Positions 1 through 12,942 are shown, numbered from the whole stretch's first letter. The stretch: DNA of 62,696 nt, filler included, from Rhabdomonas costata (GCA_019059605.1; 26 parts of 26 records of this genome joined end to end with filler, not necessarily neighbours in it), one strand, 5' to 3'. A program made the numbers and translations. The notes: generated by a model not told the origin, from the letters alone.

Positions 1-1364
1 TGTGGTGGTGGGCCCACAGCGCCTTTCTGAAGGCTCAGGGCCTTCAATAGTTTCTCACGCGCCTCCGTCAGCTCTGGAAAAGACAAGAGTTGAAGCGTCA
101 CAGAGCACGGAAGTGCTGCCAAAGTCCACACGCAACAAGAATATCAACACATTTGGAGAGTCTCCCACAGCAACGCAGTGGCTGCCCGGCTCTCAGTTAC
201 GATGCGACCTTCAGTGATACGGTTTCATTGCGCCAGAATGACATGATTGCTTCAATGTTAGATCAAGTTGGGATGCAGCCATGGCAAGCTTCGGATATCT
301 TCCACAGAACACGGCAGAGGACTGCAAGCACTGTTGACCAAACACCTCCCCCCCCCCCAAAGAAGGAAAGCTGGGGAAAAGGAGGAGCGCGGAAAAAATG
401 GGAGAATGTGCATGCCATGTCGCTGAAGATGGTTAACCCCGGCTTCGACTAGCTCCCCAGCCTCGCTGATCCTTCCTGCAGGAAAAAGCCAGTTAAGTCA
501 GGATAAACCCGCGCGCAAATCAGGAGTGTGTGGGGACGAAAGATACATGAGCAGAAAGGAAAAGGAGGCGCTCAGTACGGTCGGGTGAGACTAAGTGGGG
601 CGACCCCTGTGCATCCCGTATGGTACGACGAGGACGCTATTTTCATTATGTTCTTTTTTTCGAGTATGCTTTCAATTTGAAAAAGGGCGGGCGGTGCACA
701 GTTTAGTTTATTCAGCATTGCCCAAGAAGAAGCGCCTCAAAAGCAGACCTTGCGCTGCAGCACTAGAGCCACGCAACTCAGTGAGCTTCCCATCTCTGGA
801 TACCTGCGCGTCGAAAAACGAAGAAGGTTACTTTGACAAGCTATCGTACACAACGAATATTTATTTGGAGTGAAGCAACTCGAGAAAAAGCACTGTAGAA
901 AAAAGCACACACAGCCGTCTGCATATCCAAGCAATCCAATGGATAAGGGTGTACTTCGCAGGACATGTGCCCAAGCATCCCGTCCCCTGGTTATAGTATT
1001 TCAAATCGCAAACGCTCGGACAAATCGACTGCGCAGGAAGGAACACTGAAACCGTTCCACTCTCATTGACCGCAGAATGTGATCAGGGCATACGGCCTCA
1101 ACGAAATTAACTAAACACCCCGCTCCCCCTCTCGTCCTGAAGGTCTTCAGTGCTGCCACTGCTGCTGGTGTGCATTGGCTGGTGCAGCTCCCCTTCAATT
1201 TGATTTCAAAAAAAAATAAGACGATGTGGTCTTCATTTCGGAACACTTTTCACCTCTCAGTAATACGATCAGGTAACACCAACCAGAAAGATACATTCGA
1301 CGTGTTAACTGTGACCTCTGGGGGGGGGGGGCAGGGAGTTAAAGGTGTCGCGAGGCATACACAC

Positions 1365-2246
1365 CTCGTGACAGAGTGGGCATTCACAGAGGAAGTGGTA
1401 CCGAGAGTGAAGCTCAGCACGACGTGAGGCTGTGGTCTTCGCAACGTCGACGTAGCTGATGCACACCTGCAGCGAGCAAGGAGATCCAGAAACGAGAAGG
1501 AGAAAGGCAAGAAACGGCACATGCAAATGCACAAGCACCTCGCCAACACCCTCTTTTCCCAACAGGATAGACGCCAATCCGAGAAGACTGAAAACCATCA
1601 ATGGGAAAATCTCAGCATGGCAACGGAGAGGATGAAGCCTGTTGCCAGCGGGTACCCACTAATCCGGACCTCAATCAGCTGCTAATTTATTCTCCGCTTC
1701 GAAGAATCGTCTGGCAAGATGGCTCTCAAGAGAAGGCGATCCCGGAAACCGGCAAAAGAAGCAAGAGCACACGACAACTCCCAGCACCTCTTGCCCGGTC
1801 CCGATGGACTCCGTTGCACGAACAGAAAGTAGAGAGCCCTCGAAGGTCACCACCGCGTTTGGTGAGCAGCTGTGAAAAAAGTTGCCCAGAGCAAACATTC
1901 AGCGGAGGCGTTGGCGTTAAAGACTGCGGCGCCACGAGGTGTCCGAGCTGCAAACCAATATAAAACTCAGCACGGTGAATGCCAATTCCAAGAAATACGG
2001 AAATACCTCAACATCTGAGGACATAATCGAAGCGAATCCGCACGCACGTGATGCGGAAACGCGCACATTGCCACCACCACCACCACCACCATGAAACGTC
2101 ATCCAGATGGCGAAAGGGCAAGAAGGTGAACATGAGGCAGCAACTCATTCACTCAACCTGTGGTTCAGGGAGGTCGCGCGGAGAAAGAGCCCAGAGCCCA
2201 CGGCCTGCAGGTCAGTGTTGAGAATGTGGAAGACATTGACCTCGAG
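1365..2246 (-). CDS. SMYD-like SET-domain lysine methyltransferase (partial, 3 internal exons)
   Basis: Exons 2246-2158, 1869-1788 and 1466-1365 join through phase-compatible GT-AG introns into LEVNVFHILNTDLQAVGSGLFLRATSLNHSCSPNAVVTFEGSLLSVRATESIGTGQEVCISYVDVAKTTASRRAELHSRYHFLCECPLCHE. This has the SET NHSCxPN and GQEVCISY motifs and the post-SET CxCxxC. Further exons probably lie at about 420-480 and 1140-1195 but were not resolved. Confidence 0.9.
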
Positions 2247-2316
2247 CTGCAGGAAAAACGCAAGGTGGACAGCCATTTGATTATCCAAATAAACTTGCCC
2301 GTGGGGACAACCCCCC

Positions 2317-2416
2317 NNNNNNNNNNNNNNNNNNNNNNNNNNNNNNNNNNNNNNNNNNNNTTAATTAATTAANNNNNNNNNNNNNNNNNNNNNNNNNNNN
2401 NNNNNNNNNNNNNNNN
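2317..2416. other. Artificial contig linker (first of 25)
   Basis: 44 N + TTAATTAATTAA (stop codons in all six frames) + 44 N. Identical linkers start at 2317, 4734, 7153, 9570, 11987, 14398, 16814, 19230, 21645, 24061, 26476, 28892, 31306, 33721, 36136, 38551, 40966, 43381, 45806, 48221, 50636, 53050, 55464, 57878 and 60283. Confidence 0.99.
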
Positions 2417-3402
2417 TGTGTGTGTTTATGTGTTGGTGCGCCTAGATGGTCGGAGCTTCATACGCCTTGGTGTGAATGGGATGTTGTGGTTTTCTTTTGT
2501 ACCTGTGTGCAACAGCATAGGGGTGTTCCCCAATATGAGATGCGGTCGGGTCGCGTGAGAATATTTGGAACCTCACTAAAGACAGAAGGACCTCAACCAG
2601 AAAGTCTACATTTCCAACGTTGCTGCGAGAAGGCAACTGCCAACTTACCAGCCTGCAAGAGGAATACGAAAAGCACAACGTCAACAGAGCGCGACAACCC
2701 GTGAGACAGATATCGAATGGGTTCGTTGACAGAGAATGGGCAAGCCGTACAAAAAGAATGGAAAAGGGGAAATGGCTCACTGTTCGTGTGTAGCTTGGTG
2801 CACGGGCGTTTGGGATCTCGTCCACTTCCACCAACTGAACAGTTCACGTCATTTAACGCTGTTAGGTGTCTTCCCAAGTGTGCCTTCCCAAGTTTTTCCA
2901 TTGGTCTTTGAATGAGCTGTGCCTGGCTTTGAATGCCGTAGATATGTGCTCATGGATGTTCTGTCTGGGGCTCTGTTTGAGCACAACGGAAAGCCGGAAC
3001 GCACATACCTGTCACTTTTCCCTTCCCTTCCCAAAGCTGACCAGCAACTCTCGTACTGATCCACCGAGGATGAAAACTGCGTGTAACTACTAAGTACCCC
3101 CGAACCAAAAAAGTTCACCCCACACACGACGCATTTAAGGAGGCATCGCTATGGAGATGCAGGTTTCCTTTGAGAATTTTCGTTTCCTGCTAATGAGAGA
3201 AAAGGCACAAACCTCATTTTGCATTTTCATAACCAAAGTGGTTTGTGAGCCGTGGCAGTTCACAGACTACCAAAGCGTCATAGAAGAGAGATGAAATTCA
3301 GGGGGTCAGCAATGGAATGCGATGCGCGGGAAGGGACATGGGGGGAAAACGGCAGTTTCTTATGTGCTGTACATTGCCTTCAGCGGAATGAAAATTTTAA
3401 AG

Positions 3403-3565
3403 GTCAGAGGACGGGGAATTCGTGCGAGTCAGCGTGGCCCTGGCTCTGGCCGTGGCGTGCGGCTACCACCGCGAGGACTGGGGCAGGCTAGTCGCCCTGC
3501 TTCACCGCCGTACCCTGGTTGCTGTGTTGCGCGCGGACAACTGCTTCTACTCCCAGGCCGCTTAT
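3403..3565 (+). CDS. Possible isolated exon of an unknown protein
   Basis: GC-rich open frame SEDGEFVRVSVALALAVACGYHREDWGRLVALLHRRTLVAVLRADNCFYSQAAY bounded by TAAAG| and |GTATGT. No recognisable motif. Confidence 0.25.
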
Positions 3566-4840
3566 GTATGTCCTTCCCTCTGCCATTCTCCTCCTCATCC
3601 ACTCCCACACACACACAAACACCTGCCCGCCCGAAGGAAAAGCTCAGAGGGTCGTTTCCGTGAGAGAAGGCCCCAGACACCCAAAGGGGTGCTAAGCCTG
3701 AGAGACTTGAACAGGAAGGGAGCAGTGCTGGAGGCTGTTAGAAAAAAGAGCAGCTGCGCAACAGGCACGGCGCAGTTCGTTCCAACGATACCTCTCATGG
3801 GCACCCGTGTGGCGAACAGCCATCAGCGAGTGCGCCCGTCAGCCCAATGGGGTCACCTACAGTCAGTCACGCAACAGCCAGCGCGCTACGCGACCAACAT
3901 ACACGTGCCCCCTTGGCAGTGGCGGACAGCAGTGACTTACGTAAGACACATCCACCTACCGATCGCTTTTCTTTCTGAAACTGTGCAAAGGGGATCATCT
4001 CACCGAAATGGTTTGTGTAAGAGGGATCAGTGGGCCGGGCAGCTGCTTTCCTTTCCCAAGCCGCAGTCACTGATCATCCTTCACCCCCGAGCTACAAACA
4101 CACTACCGGACTAGACCTCGCGGGCATGTGCGCAATTCCGCGTCTCAGCGCATGTTCTAAAATAAGGTCACTTTTTCCCCCGGCTTCGCCCTCAGTCTAT
4201 TGAGTGAAGAGTAACACGTTTTTACGCTTAGTTGAGCCGTTTTTGAGGTCCTTTACTCGACTTATTAGCCTACTTTGCCTTCATAACAGCCCTTTTGAGC
4301 ACTCAAAGGCCATCTGAGCATCTGAGTCGGCATTTACAACTCACAATTTACGCTCAACAAAGACGAACGGGAATAGCGTCAGGGGTAACACTCAGCTTGC
4401 GGTTGATTCCCGGGGGGGGGGGGGGTGCAAGGGACGAATAGGGACACTGATTAACCCTCCCAGAAAACAATCGAAAATGAATATAGTAAAACCCTTCGTT
4501 TCGTTTCAGCACCCCCCTAGCGCGGTGTGAACGCCCTTACTTGTGAAGAAGATTAAAAGAAGACCGGGTAAGCCAAAAAGATGATTTTGCCTCCTTTTGG
4601 TCTTCGATTGAGTCAGCTCTCGAGTTTTGGCTCAAACGCGCCCAAGTCACAAACAAGAGGAGCGAAGGGTCCATGTCTTAGGTGAAACAATCCTCACATG
4701 CAACAGCAGTAAAGAGTGACATACCCCACCCCCNNNNNNNNNNNNNNNNNNNNNNNNNNNNNNNNNNNNNNNNNNNNTTAATTAATTAANNNNNNNNNNN
4801 NNNNNNNNNNNNNNNNNNNNNNNNNNNNNNNNNGGGGGGT

Positions 4841-4947
4841 GGCGTTCGCAATGAAGTAATGCGCAATGCGTAATTCTGCACGTACACACATGGCACAGGT
4901 TTTTGGGGCGTCGCAATGAAGTAATGCGCAATGCGTAATTCTGCACG
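4841..4947. repeat. Direct repeat, about 41 bp, 2 copies
   Basis: GGCG(T)TCGCAATGAAGTAATGCGCAATGCGTAATTCTGCACG at 4841-4882 and 4907-4947. Confidence 0.9.
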
Positions 4948-5112
4948 GCGCGTGTGTGCGTGTGCATGTGTCAATATACACACTGCTGGAAAGTCACACA
5001 CACATGCAGACAAGGAGGAAGCACATACGTACGAAAGCACATCAAGGCAAAAAAGACAGAAGCATCAGGAAGAGAAGTGTTGGCGGTTTGCAGGGAAAAA
5101 GGAGCAGAAAAC

Positions 5113-6215
5113 CTGGAAGATGGTCTCCAGCTCCTTCTCCTTCACGGCGTCGCCCTTGGTAACGTTCCCGAAGACCACGCGGACATCCAGGTAGTCATCC
5201 AGCTGCGACGCCTCAATCTATGGGAAGGGCGCACGTGTGCACTTGCAAGCGAGAACGCGCCCCCCCTCGAGAAATGGTCGAGAAAGAAGAGCAAAAGTTT
5301 CGCTGGTATTACGGCATCACTGGATATGTCTGGATATGTCCTCCACAGAGTATTGCAGACACTTCACGGGGCAGGATCTATGCATGCATGCGTGCGTGCA
5401 TGCCACAAGACTTCCGATCCATCGCGCCCCCTGAGGGCTTTTTTCGCAGATCCGGTGAGGAAGCAAGTGTGGTTCACGGACGATGATCTGCTGGGAAATC
5501 AATGGCCGACCACGTCGACACGCTTTCGAGAGCACCAATGATACCCGCCTTTCGTCCTCATCGTGCTCTGATGCGAACGCTACGGTGTCACGACCTAAGC
5601 GTCCTCAGTGTTCTTGAAACAGGAAAATGACACATTTGATGCGTCCAATCTGATCTTGTCTTCTGTTTTGTTGTCTCGCTTAACTCCATAATGGAGACGC
5701 GAACTTGGATATGAGTGGGAGACGAGCGGAAGGTTGGGGAATTTCCCCCGATGCCCATATAAGTCGTTGCGCTACCAGTGACCTTTGTGTTTTTGTGTCC
5801 CCGCGCCCCAGCACTCCGTGCATACTCCAGGCCCATGCACAGTCAAATGTGCCATGCGCTTAACTCAAGGAACCATTACTTGGGGCAATTTAAAAGAAAT
5901 CCAGAACCTACCATCACCATCACCTCTTTCGCCTCTGATTCCGGAAGAGCTGATGCTGAATGCTTCGTTTGCCCAGAGAGCAAGTTTCGGATCCTACCCA
6001 TCACTGCAACCCCTGAACCCCAAGCGGTCCCAATGGTGTCCTACAACCTTGGGGCCCTCGGTGCCCTCCTTCTTGGCCCTCTTCTGGGCCTCCTTCAGGC
6101 GCGCGACGGGCTCACGCTTCACCACCACCTCAAACCTCTTCCCGCACCGCGACAGCCTCACCACAGCCTGCGAGCTGTCCAGCTTTTTCTTGTCCTTCTG
6201 CGGTTGCAGAGACAT
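5113..6215 (-). CDS. SBDS: SBDS/Sdo1-family ribosome maturation protein, N-terminal FYSH domain (partial, exons 1-2)
   Basis: Exon 6215-6048 encodes MSLQPQKDKKKLDSSQAVVRLSRCGKRFEVVVKREPVARLKEAQKRAKKEGTEGPK and exon 5217-5113 encodes IEASQLDDYLDVRVVFGNVTKGDAVKEKELETIFQ. These match the SBDS motifs AVVRxxxxGKRFE and VFxNVxKG...L...F. The intron is phase-0 GT-AG. Confidence 0.8.
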
Positions 6216-6262
6216 TTGCGAGGAGAAGGCGGCTTGGGGGGCCGCTTACAGGGCTTCACGTG

Positions 6263-6300
6263 CTAAGAAGAGAACGCAGAGTGAGGAGGGAGAGAAGGAA
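6263..6300 (-). promoter_or_regulatory. Polypyrimidine tract + AG upstream of the SBDS start (candidate trans-splice or 5' UTR acceptor)
   Basis: Minus strand TTCCTTCTCTCCCTCCTCACTCTGCGTTCTCTTCTTAG ends 47 nt before the ATG at 6215. Confidence 0.5.
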
Positions 6301-7016
6301 GCCTCCCGGGACACTGCCCTCAGGAAGGCCGCAGCGAGAGGGCCCGACGAAGGGCAGTGAACCCCCAAGGGAAAGGCACAAAAGGAGGGGGAATGGGGCA
6401 AAAAGACAGCGTGTATTTGGAGCGGTGTACAGAAGTAATGAAACGAGTAAGCAACTGTGAAAAGGCACAGCAGGGCGGTTCGGACACCAAAAGAGGTGCA
6501 CCGTCAAGAGGAAGTTCAGTTCAATTCACAAAACCCCGACAACCCGAACGTGGACCCATCGGATCGCAAATCCAATTCACAAGACGGAGTAGGCACATAC
6601 ATGCCCTCCGCCTTGTTTTTTTTGCATTTCTATACACCAGATATTTCCCGGGACATTTGAGAATTTGTGTTTGTTGGAAGAAAACACTGCCTCCGTCACT
6701 ACTTCCTCACCTTCGAGCAGAATTGGTACGGACAACGAGCCTGGAGTTCTGGGGGCCACACAATGAAAGAAGGGAAAAGGTAACGCTGAGGTCCAAGGAT
6801 TCTGGAAAAGGGAACCCTACCATACTCCCAGGAGAACTGTGACAGAGTGGGGGCATCAATTCATGCACGGCACAGACGTACAATCCAAGAGCAGCAACAA
6901 TAACCTCCAGCCGCAAAAAAAAAATCTGCAGAGGGATCTACACGGTCCCACTGCCAGAATCCAGCAGGACCCATGACGGGGAAGACCTCTTGAGCATCAT
7001 CTCCAACCTCTCTACT

Positions 7017-7017
<1 letters not shown>

Positions 7018-7100
<83 letters not shown>
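7018..7100. repeat. (CTCACT)n microsatellite, about 14 copies
   Basis: Perfect hexamer array; it produces the RVRVRV ORF. Confidence 0.97.
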
Positions 7101-7639
7101 GCGCAGGCCTAGCGAACAAGATGGCGCAACCTCGGCAAGAGCTAACACACAANNNNNNNNNNNNNNNNNNNNNNNNNNNNNNNNNNNNNNNNNNNNTTAA
7201 TTAATTAANNNNNNNNNNNNNNNNNNNNNNNNNNNNNNNNNNNNNNNNNNNNGTGGGGTTGGGGTTCCTCCAGAGTTTGGAGTGGTTGTTAGTATTGCTC
7301 ACGTCATCTCAACGGTGAGTGAATTTAGTCACTGTACTTTTTAAAACGCCTGTTAGACTTTTTTATGTGCTACAGCTCACAAGGTGGGGTGGTTTTTCTT
7401 CTGCGTTTGGTGATTTGAAGCTATCTCTATCCTTTGACCTTACCGGACAAATTTCCCGAAAGGGCTGGTTGCTTTTGGATGGGGACTTTCCGTTGCGCCT
7501 GCCAAACCTGCGTGTGCCTGATGACGCGCGCACATCAGCATGGTGGGTGGTCCACATCGGCTTTACTGAAGTTCCGCACACGTAGCCCACCTCACTCTTG
7601 TGTTTTGCCGAATTCGAAAGACACAACCCCACCATGCAG

Positions 7640-8768
7640 GTGTTCCTGTGGTGCGCAAAGCTGTGGTGGTGGCGCCGTGCAGCCTGGTGCGGCAGTGGCA
7701 GCGGGAGCTGGTGAAGTGGCTGGGCTCCACTCGGTGTGGCCCCGTCGGAAGTCTGTCGGTCAATATGTGTTGACACTTGCGACGTCCTCAGCAAATGACA
7801 TGGCTTGGATAGGTTAGGTTTTGGATAGTCAGACCGGTTTTGGATAGAGAGGTTCCGATGGGCTCCTTTCTGATGCGGACTTCTGTGCATCGGCCAGTGC
7901 ATAACCATTGCCATCAATGTGTTGCGAATAAAACATTTTCTGAATGAAATCTTGACTGTGGCGAGCAATTTTGTTGCAAAGCAGGATGAGTTGTTGGTTG
8001 TTCGGAAAAGTTTCTTCTGTAGGTGATCATTTCATTATTTTCCACTGTAATTCATCGCCTCAGCGTCCGCACGCGCATAAATGTGGGCAGTAAAAAAAGC
8101 TGCCAACCCTTCGAAACTATGGTGAGCCATGATTCGAGCAGGCTTTTTGGAAAAAGTTTGGGATTGTGTCCCTTTTTTGTGTTTCAGGCTCGAGGCTGAG
8201 GTGGTGATTTCCGGGGACAAGGCCGTAGCTCATGCCCAGGTCGAGGCCTTCCGATGCGGCTACAAACCCGTGCTGATTCTAAGCTACGACATGTGCCGCG
8301 CTCTTGCCAGCGCACTGGAGGCCTGTCGGGTGGACCTCCTGGTGTGCGACGAGGGCCACCGCCTCAAGAATGACTCCATCAAAGTAGTGCAGGTGCAGCT
8401 CAGACCCACCTTCACGCACACCCGATGTGCACTAATTGCCTCTGGCACTCAGAGGCGCCGCTTTCAAACGGCACAGACCCATTTGACCTGTGCGTGTTGG
8501 GTCTCGTTTTGCAGTGGTGTTTCGTGGGATGGACGCGATGTAGTCCTCCACTCAACACATAAGACATAATGTGAAACGGCACAGACCTATGGCAATGGCT
8601 CTGGCTTCCGATTTACCGGCGTCCATTTTTCGGGACCTGTGGTCACAGGCCCTACAGCGCATTCCCGCGGCGCGGCGGGTGCTACTCTCGGGCACCCCGC
8701 TGCAGAACGACCTACACGAGCTGTACTCCCTGGTCAGCTTCGTGAACCCCGGGGTGCTGGGCAACCGG
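7640..8768 (+). CDS. RAD54: Rad54-like SNF2-family ATPase, N-terminal lobe (partial, 3 exons)
   Basis: Exons 7640-7733 ([23 protein letters not shown], motif Ia), 8188-8392 (VLILSYD...[13 protein letters not shown], motif II) and 8649-8768 ([30 protein letters not shown], motif III) join in frame through GT-AG introns. DEGHRLKN and SGTPxQNDL are typical of Rad54/Rad54B. Confidence 0.9.
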
Positions 8769-9269
8769 GTACATCTCCCCTCCCTCCCGCTGGCACTGCA
8801 CCCTGTGCGAGTCCCCACAGACAGATGCACAATGGATCTTCCTAACAGAGCAGGAAGAACTCGGGCACACAGAGATTTTGTCTGATGAATGAAGATGACT
8901 GCGAAGTTCTCTTGTACAGCAAAACATCTGTGAGTGTGCAATGACCCGTAACCCCAAACACACATCCTTGCTGCACCACAGGGGGCTGGTGGTTTCCCGT
9001 GGTTCGAAGCCCACACAAGGTGCCGAGCCATTGCGTCGCCGCTCGGAATTTAAATGTACATCTATTGATCCATTGGTCTATGACAGCCTTCTCAAACATG
9101 GCTGTGTGCGAACCATGCCATAAAACAACCTGAGCCAATCGCCGCGACCACCCCAGAGGGCTCCATAAAAGGCACCGGATGACACATGCCGCACTTGGGA
9201 TTTTGGGCCGTTCCCCTGCGACTCGTGACGCAAGGCATCCTGAAGAAAATCCCGGGACATGTGCACTGA

Positions 9270-9407
9270 CTCCTAACCCATTGTGAAAGCTTCTATTGGA
9301 ATCCCAGGATGTGACTTTCATCGCCCTCTAACTCCCATGTGAAACCTTTGAATGGAATCCTAGTAAACACTTGCATCGCCCTCCCAACCCCAGTCAAACT
9401 TCTATCA
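9270..9407. repeat. Diverged minisatellite, about 56-bp unit, about 2.5 copies
   Basis: Recurring CTC(C/T)AAC...TGTGAAA...TGGAATCC...ACTTxCATCGCC units. Confidence 0.7.
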
Positions 9408-10822
9408 CAGGCCCATGAAGACCTGTGCTCAAGGGAGGGCCCAAAAATACTTGTCCCGGAGGAGGGGGGGGTCTAAAAAGCAGTTGAGGGGTCAAAACAT
9501 AGTTGACCTTCAGGATCTTAAAAAAGATGAGGGTGGTGACAATCAAAACACAGCTGCCTGCCTGCCAACNNNNNNNNNNNNNNNNNNNNNNNNNNNNNNN
9601 NNNNNNNNNNNNNTTAATTAATTAANNNNNNNNNNNNNNNNNNNNNNNNNNNNNNNNNNNNNNNNNNNNTGTGGTGGGGTAGGAACAGAAGCACTGAGGA
9701 TGCGGATAATCTCGAGAAGCTGAGCGCAGCTGCCCATTAGTCTGGGGTGAAGCCCTGAAGTGGGCAGACGGAAAACCCAAAGCCACATTTGGATTCTCAT
9801 TACAAAACTTGGGACATGCTTCTTTGCACTTTTGACACGGGAAGAACCTCCCGGAGACATGGAATAGCATTCTCGAAACGTGACCAGCAACGCTAAACGA
9901 AGCGAAAGAGAAAAAGCAGAGAAGGCGCACCTCGGTGCTGAATTATTTCACGAAACTGAGTCGCCGTGAGCCACACGCAAGGGGCAGCACAGGTGAGGCT
10001 CTCATTGACCTCCAGAACAAAAATCACGTACTTGCTACACCGCGAGTACAGGACCTACCGCATAAAAACCGGAAAGCTTCTTCAACACCAGTAATGTGGA
10101 TGAAAAAAAACACCCCGCAGTCCCGGCAGTTAATAACACAGTTAATAACACCTCTCAAGGAACTTGCCGAACTTGCGTTTTGAGCTCTCAAAACGCAGCC
10201 GTCCAAGATCGGGGGAGCGCACCCCGATTATCCGACTCCGATACTTGTTTCCACTTGATGCATCAAAGCAACCCGAAGCCGAGCACACTATCGTGACCAT
10301 TTCCCGTCGTTTTTTCTCGAATTGTTTATGGTCGAATCGTTTATGGTCGAATGTTAGTAGCTTCAATTTCCAGATGCTCAAGAAAGGTGATGAAAGCTGA
10401 GAGGGGGGGAAAGGGGGCGTGGCAAAGTAAAAAACGAAGCGGTGCGGCGAACTGGGGATGTACCACAAAACGCTCTTGCGTTTAGCAACATTATGCGGGA
10501 AACCAAGTAAGACTGCATTCTTTTTTTTACGGACCAAAATCGACAAAAACACTTCACGCCCCCACCAACACTTGCCTGTTGTGTTGCTGTTGGCCTCAAC
10601 TGCCCGGTCTGGCCACACCTCGGCACTGTCCTCCTCAACCCAAAAAATAGCTTGCTCAATTCGCCGCCAGAATACGCCAACGGGTTCAGTTGCAGTGGAA
10701 TGAGAAAGTGAAAAAGCAAAAACCAAACGCCACTTTCTTTATAAATTTCAAGCAAACGACCGCAAAACAATGTTAACAACCCCCAAAGAGCCCCAGATCG
10801 AACAGTTAGGTGCAAGTCAGAC

Positions 10823-11012
10823 CATCTCCGGGCTCCTTCGGGGGTACAGCTTCCGCAGTGATGCAGCGAGCTCGACCACGCTGGCCTGGCTGGGCTGGGT
10901 CTCCCCGGAGATCTCCTCCAGAAACTCCCGCGCAGCGGTAAGAGCGGGGTCCCTGTGGTCCACGCTCTCCACCTTTCCACCAAAGTCAGCGTACAACGGG
11001 AGCCCCGCAGCG
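10823..11012 (-). CDS. Nudix hydrolase (one internal exon)
   Basis: The exon between TTTCAG| and |GTCTGA encodes AAGLPLYADFGGKVESVDHRDPALTAAREFLEEISGETQPSQASVVELAASLRKLYPRRSPEM, which contains a Nudix box (GG...TAAREFLEE). A possible downstream exon near 9690-9755 reads GLHPRLMGSCAQLLEIIRIL. Confidence 0.8.
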
Positions 11013-12651
11013 CTGAAAGAAGTTCGAAGTCGACGTCAGCAAAACGATATAGAAGGCAATCAAACAAAAACGCGGACGTGCCACAGCACGAGTTATGTCT
11101 TACACTTCCAAAAAAAGTATCCTAATTTACTGTACGTCTTGGAAGTGACGAAAGCAATGGACCGATTCCAACAAGATAGCTTCTGCCCAGAACGATGCAC
11201 GAGTGAACTAACTCATCCATCTTCAATTCGATTCTGCTGATGGAGAAAAATGCAAAGGAAATCAAATACGCTGCGAAGCGCAGAAGATTAGCTTTTAAAT
11301 CATCCCCGTGGGGTCGCACTGGCGCGCGCGGTGGCGAGGCAGCTGGTGCGGGCGAGTCAAGTGGTGTAGCACCCTGGGGAAGCCGAGAGCGGCCCTGCGC
11401 TAAAGTGGAGGCAGGACCGTGAGTTTTGTGGGCACAGGCGGCCAAGTGACAATTACCTGGCCCCGTTCGGCGTGACGGGAGAGGTGGGGAGGGATGTGCT
11501 TTTTGTTGTACATACGCTGTGGGTGACGTTCAACCCTCCGTTGCGTGGGGCAAGAAGCCCTCTGTTAGCCCTCCTTTCTTAAACCCCAAAAAAATCACCA
11601 TGGGGTCCGATGCATTTTTTGGGGGGGGGGGTATTAAGCGGTTTACGACGTCAAAATATATGGTTTCAAATATGCAAGTGGGATCGGCCACCAGAAAACC
11701 CCCCTGATGTGTCGCTTTTGGGCTCGGGCCGCAGTGTCCCTTTTTTTTAAGCAACCGTTCATCGCCGTTCCCAAGCAAATTCACCGAAGTCAGCCTGTAC
11801 TACATGTCAGCCCGTAATACATAAAAAACTAAGAAAGGTACCCCGACACTATTTATAAAACAACGTTTGTAACACAACAACTGCAAACGTTCATTGTCCA
11901 ATGGTCCAAGAGACAGAGAAACGGACAAGCAGAGAAAGAGAGAGAACACAACGTTTACCAACGTAAACTTCGTTAAACACCCACCCNNNNNNNNNNNNNN
12001 NNNNNNNNNNNNNNNNNNNNNNNNNNNNNNTTAATTAATTAANNNNNNNNNNNNNNNNNNNNNNNNNNNNNNNNNNNNNNNNNNNNTTTTTTTTGGCCGG
12101 GTCTTGGACCCGCGATAGGGCTTGAGGAAGTCTTTCTCTGACTCTGTGCAGGGATGCCGTGAAGGTGTCCGTTTGCTCTGTTTGATTTGGGGGAGACACT
12201 GTATGAATGCGGATGAGTTCACCCTGAAACGTGACGACCTTCTCGTTTATACCAGCGACCGTATCCCCAGGGTGTACCCTCCCCTGCAGTCTTTGTGGTG
12301 ATGTGATGATGGCGTATCCCTTTTGCGAATGCTCTCGGCTGTACAGCTGTGCTCTGTCTGTCTGTGCGTGTTTGCGTGTCCTCTGTGTGTGCGTGTGTGT
12401 GATTCTCTCTCTGAGTGAGTGATAGTGTGTGTGCAGGCAACTCAGTTTGTTCCCTGTTCGGAGAACCATGATGTGGGAACGGAGCTTCCAAACCGCGATT
12501 TTGGTCTGGCCTTTGTGCATACCTTCCGCTTGCAATCTGGAGAAGCTGGTTGGGATAGGAGTCAATTCTGTCGACCTGCGTGTTGTTTTTCGTCTTATCT
12601 CGTTGTGAATTGAATTGCCAGACGCAGAAGCTGATCCGCATTCTTTCCACT

Positions 12652-12683
12652 GGCACAGGCACACGCACTGGCACAGACACAGA

Positions 12684-12723
<40 letters not shown>

Positions 12724-12756
12724 CGCACACGCACACGCACACGCACACGCACAGAC
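12652..12756. repeat. Compound hexamer microsatellite (GGCACA / GACACA / CGCACA)
   Basis: Seen directly; it produces the CVCV/CLCL and TGTG/RTRT ORFs. Confidence 0.95.
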
Positions 12757-12942
12757 AGCATTTTGACTGACCCCTACAGGTTCGGTTTCGGCCTTTGACG
12801 TGTTCTTTGTTACCTCCCTTTTTGAACCTCCCCTTGTGTTTCGGACCCCCTGTGTCCCTGCATTGAAGTCCCTCACCCCCAACCTGCTTCAGTTGCCTCT
12901 TCCCGTAATTGCGTCACACGGTCTAGTTCCCGGTAAATGCAG

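Noticed and set aside
6861..7148. RVRVRV ORF, and the CVCV/TGTG ORFs at 12035-12882
   Set aside because: Translations of hexamer microsatellites.
8975..9020. tRNA or tRNA-derived SINE around GGTTCGAAGCCC
   Set aside because: The T-stem does not pair properly and there is no cloverleaf or A box.
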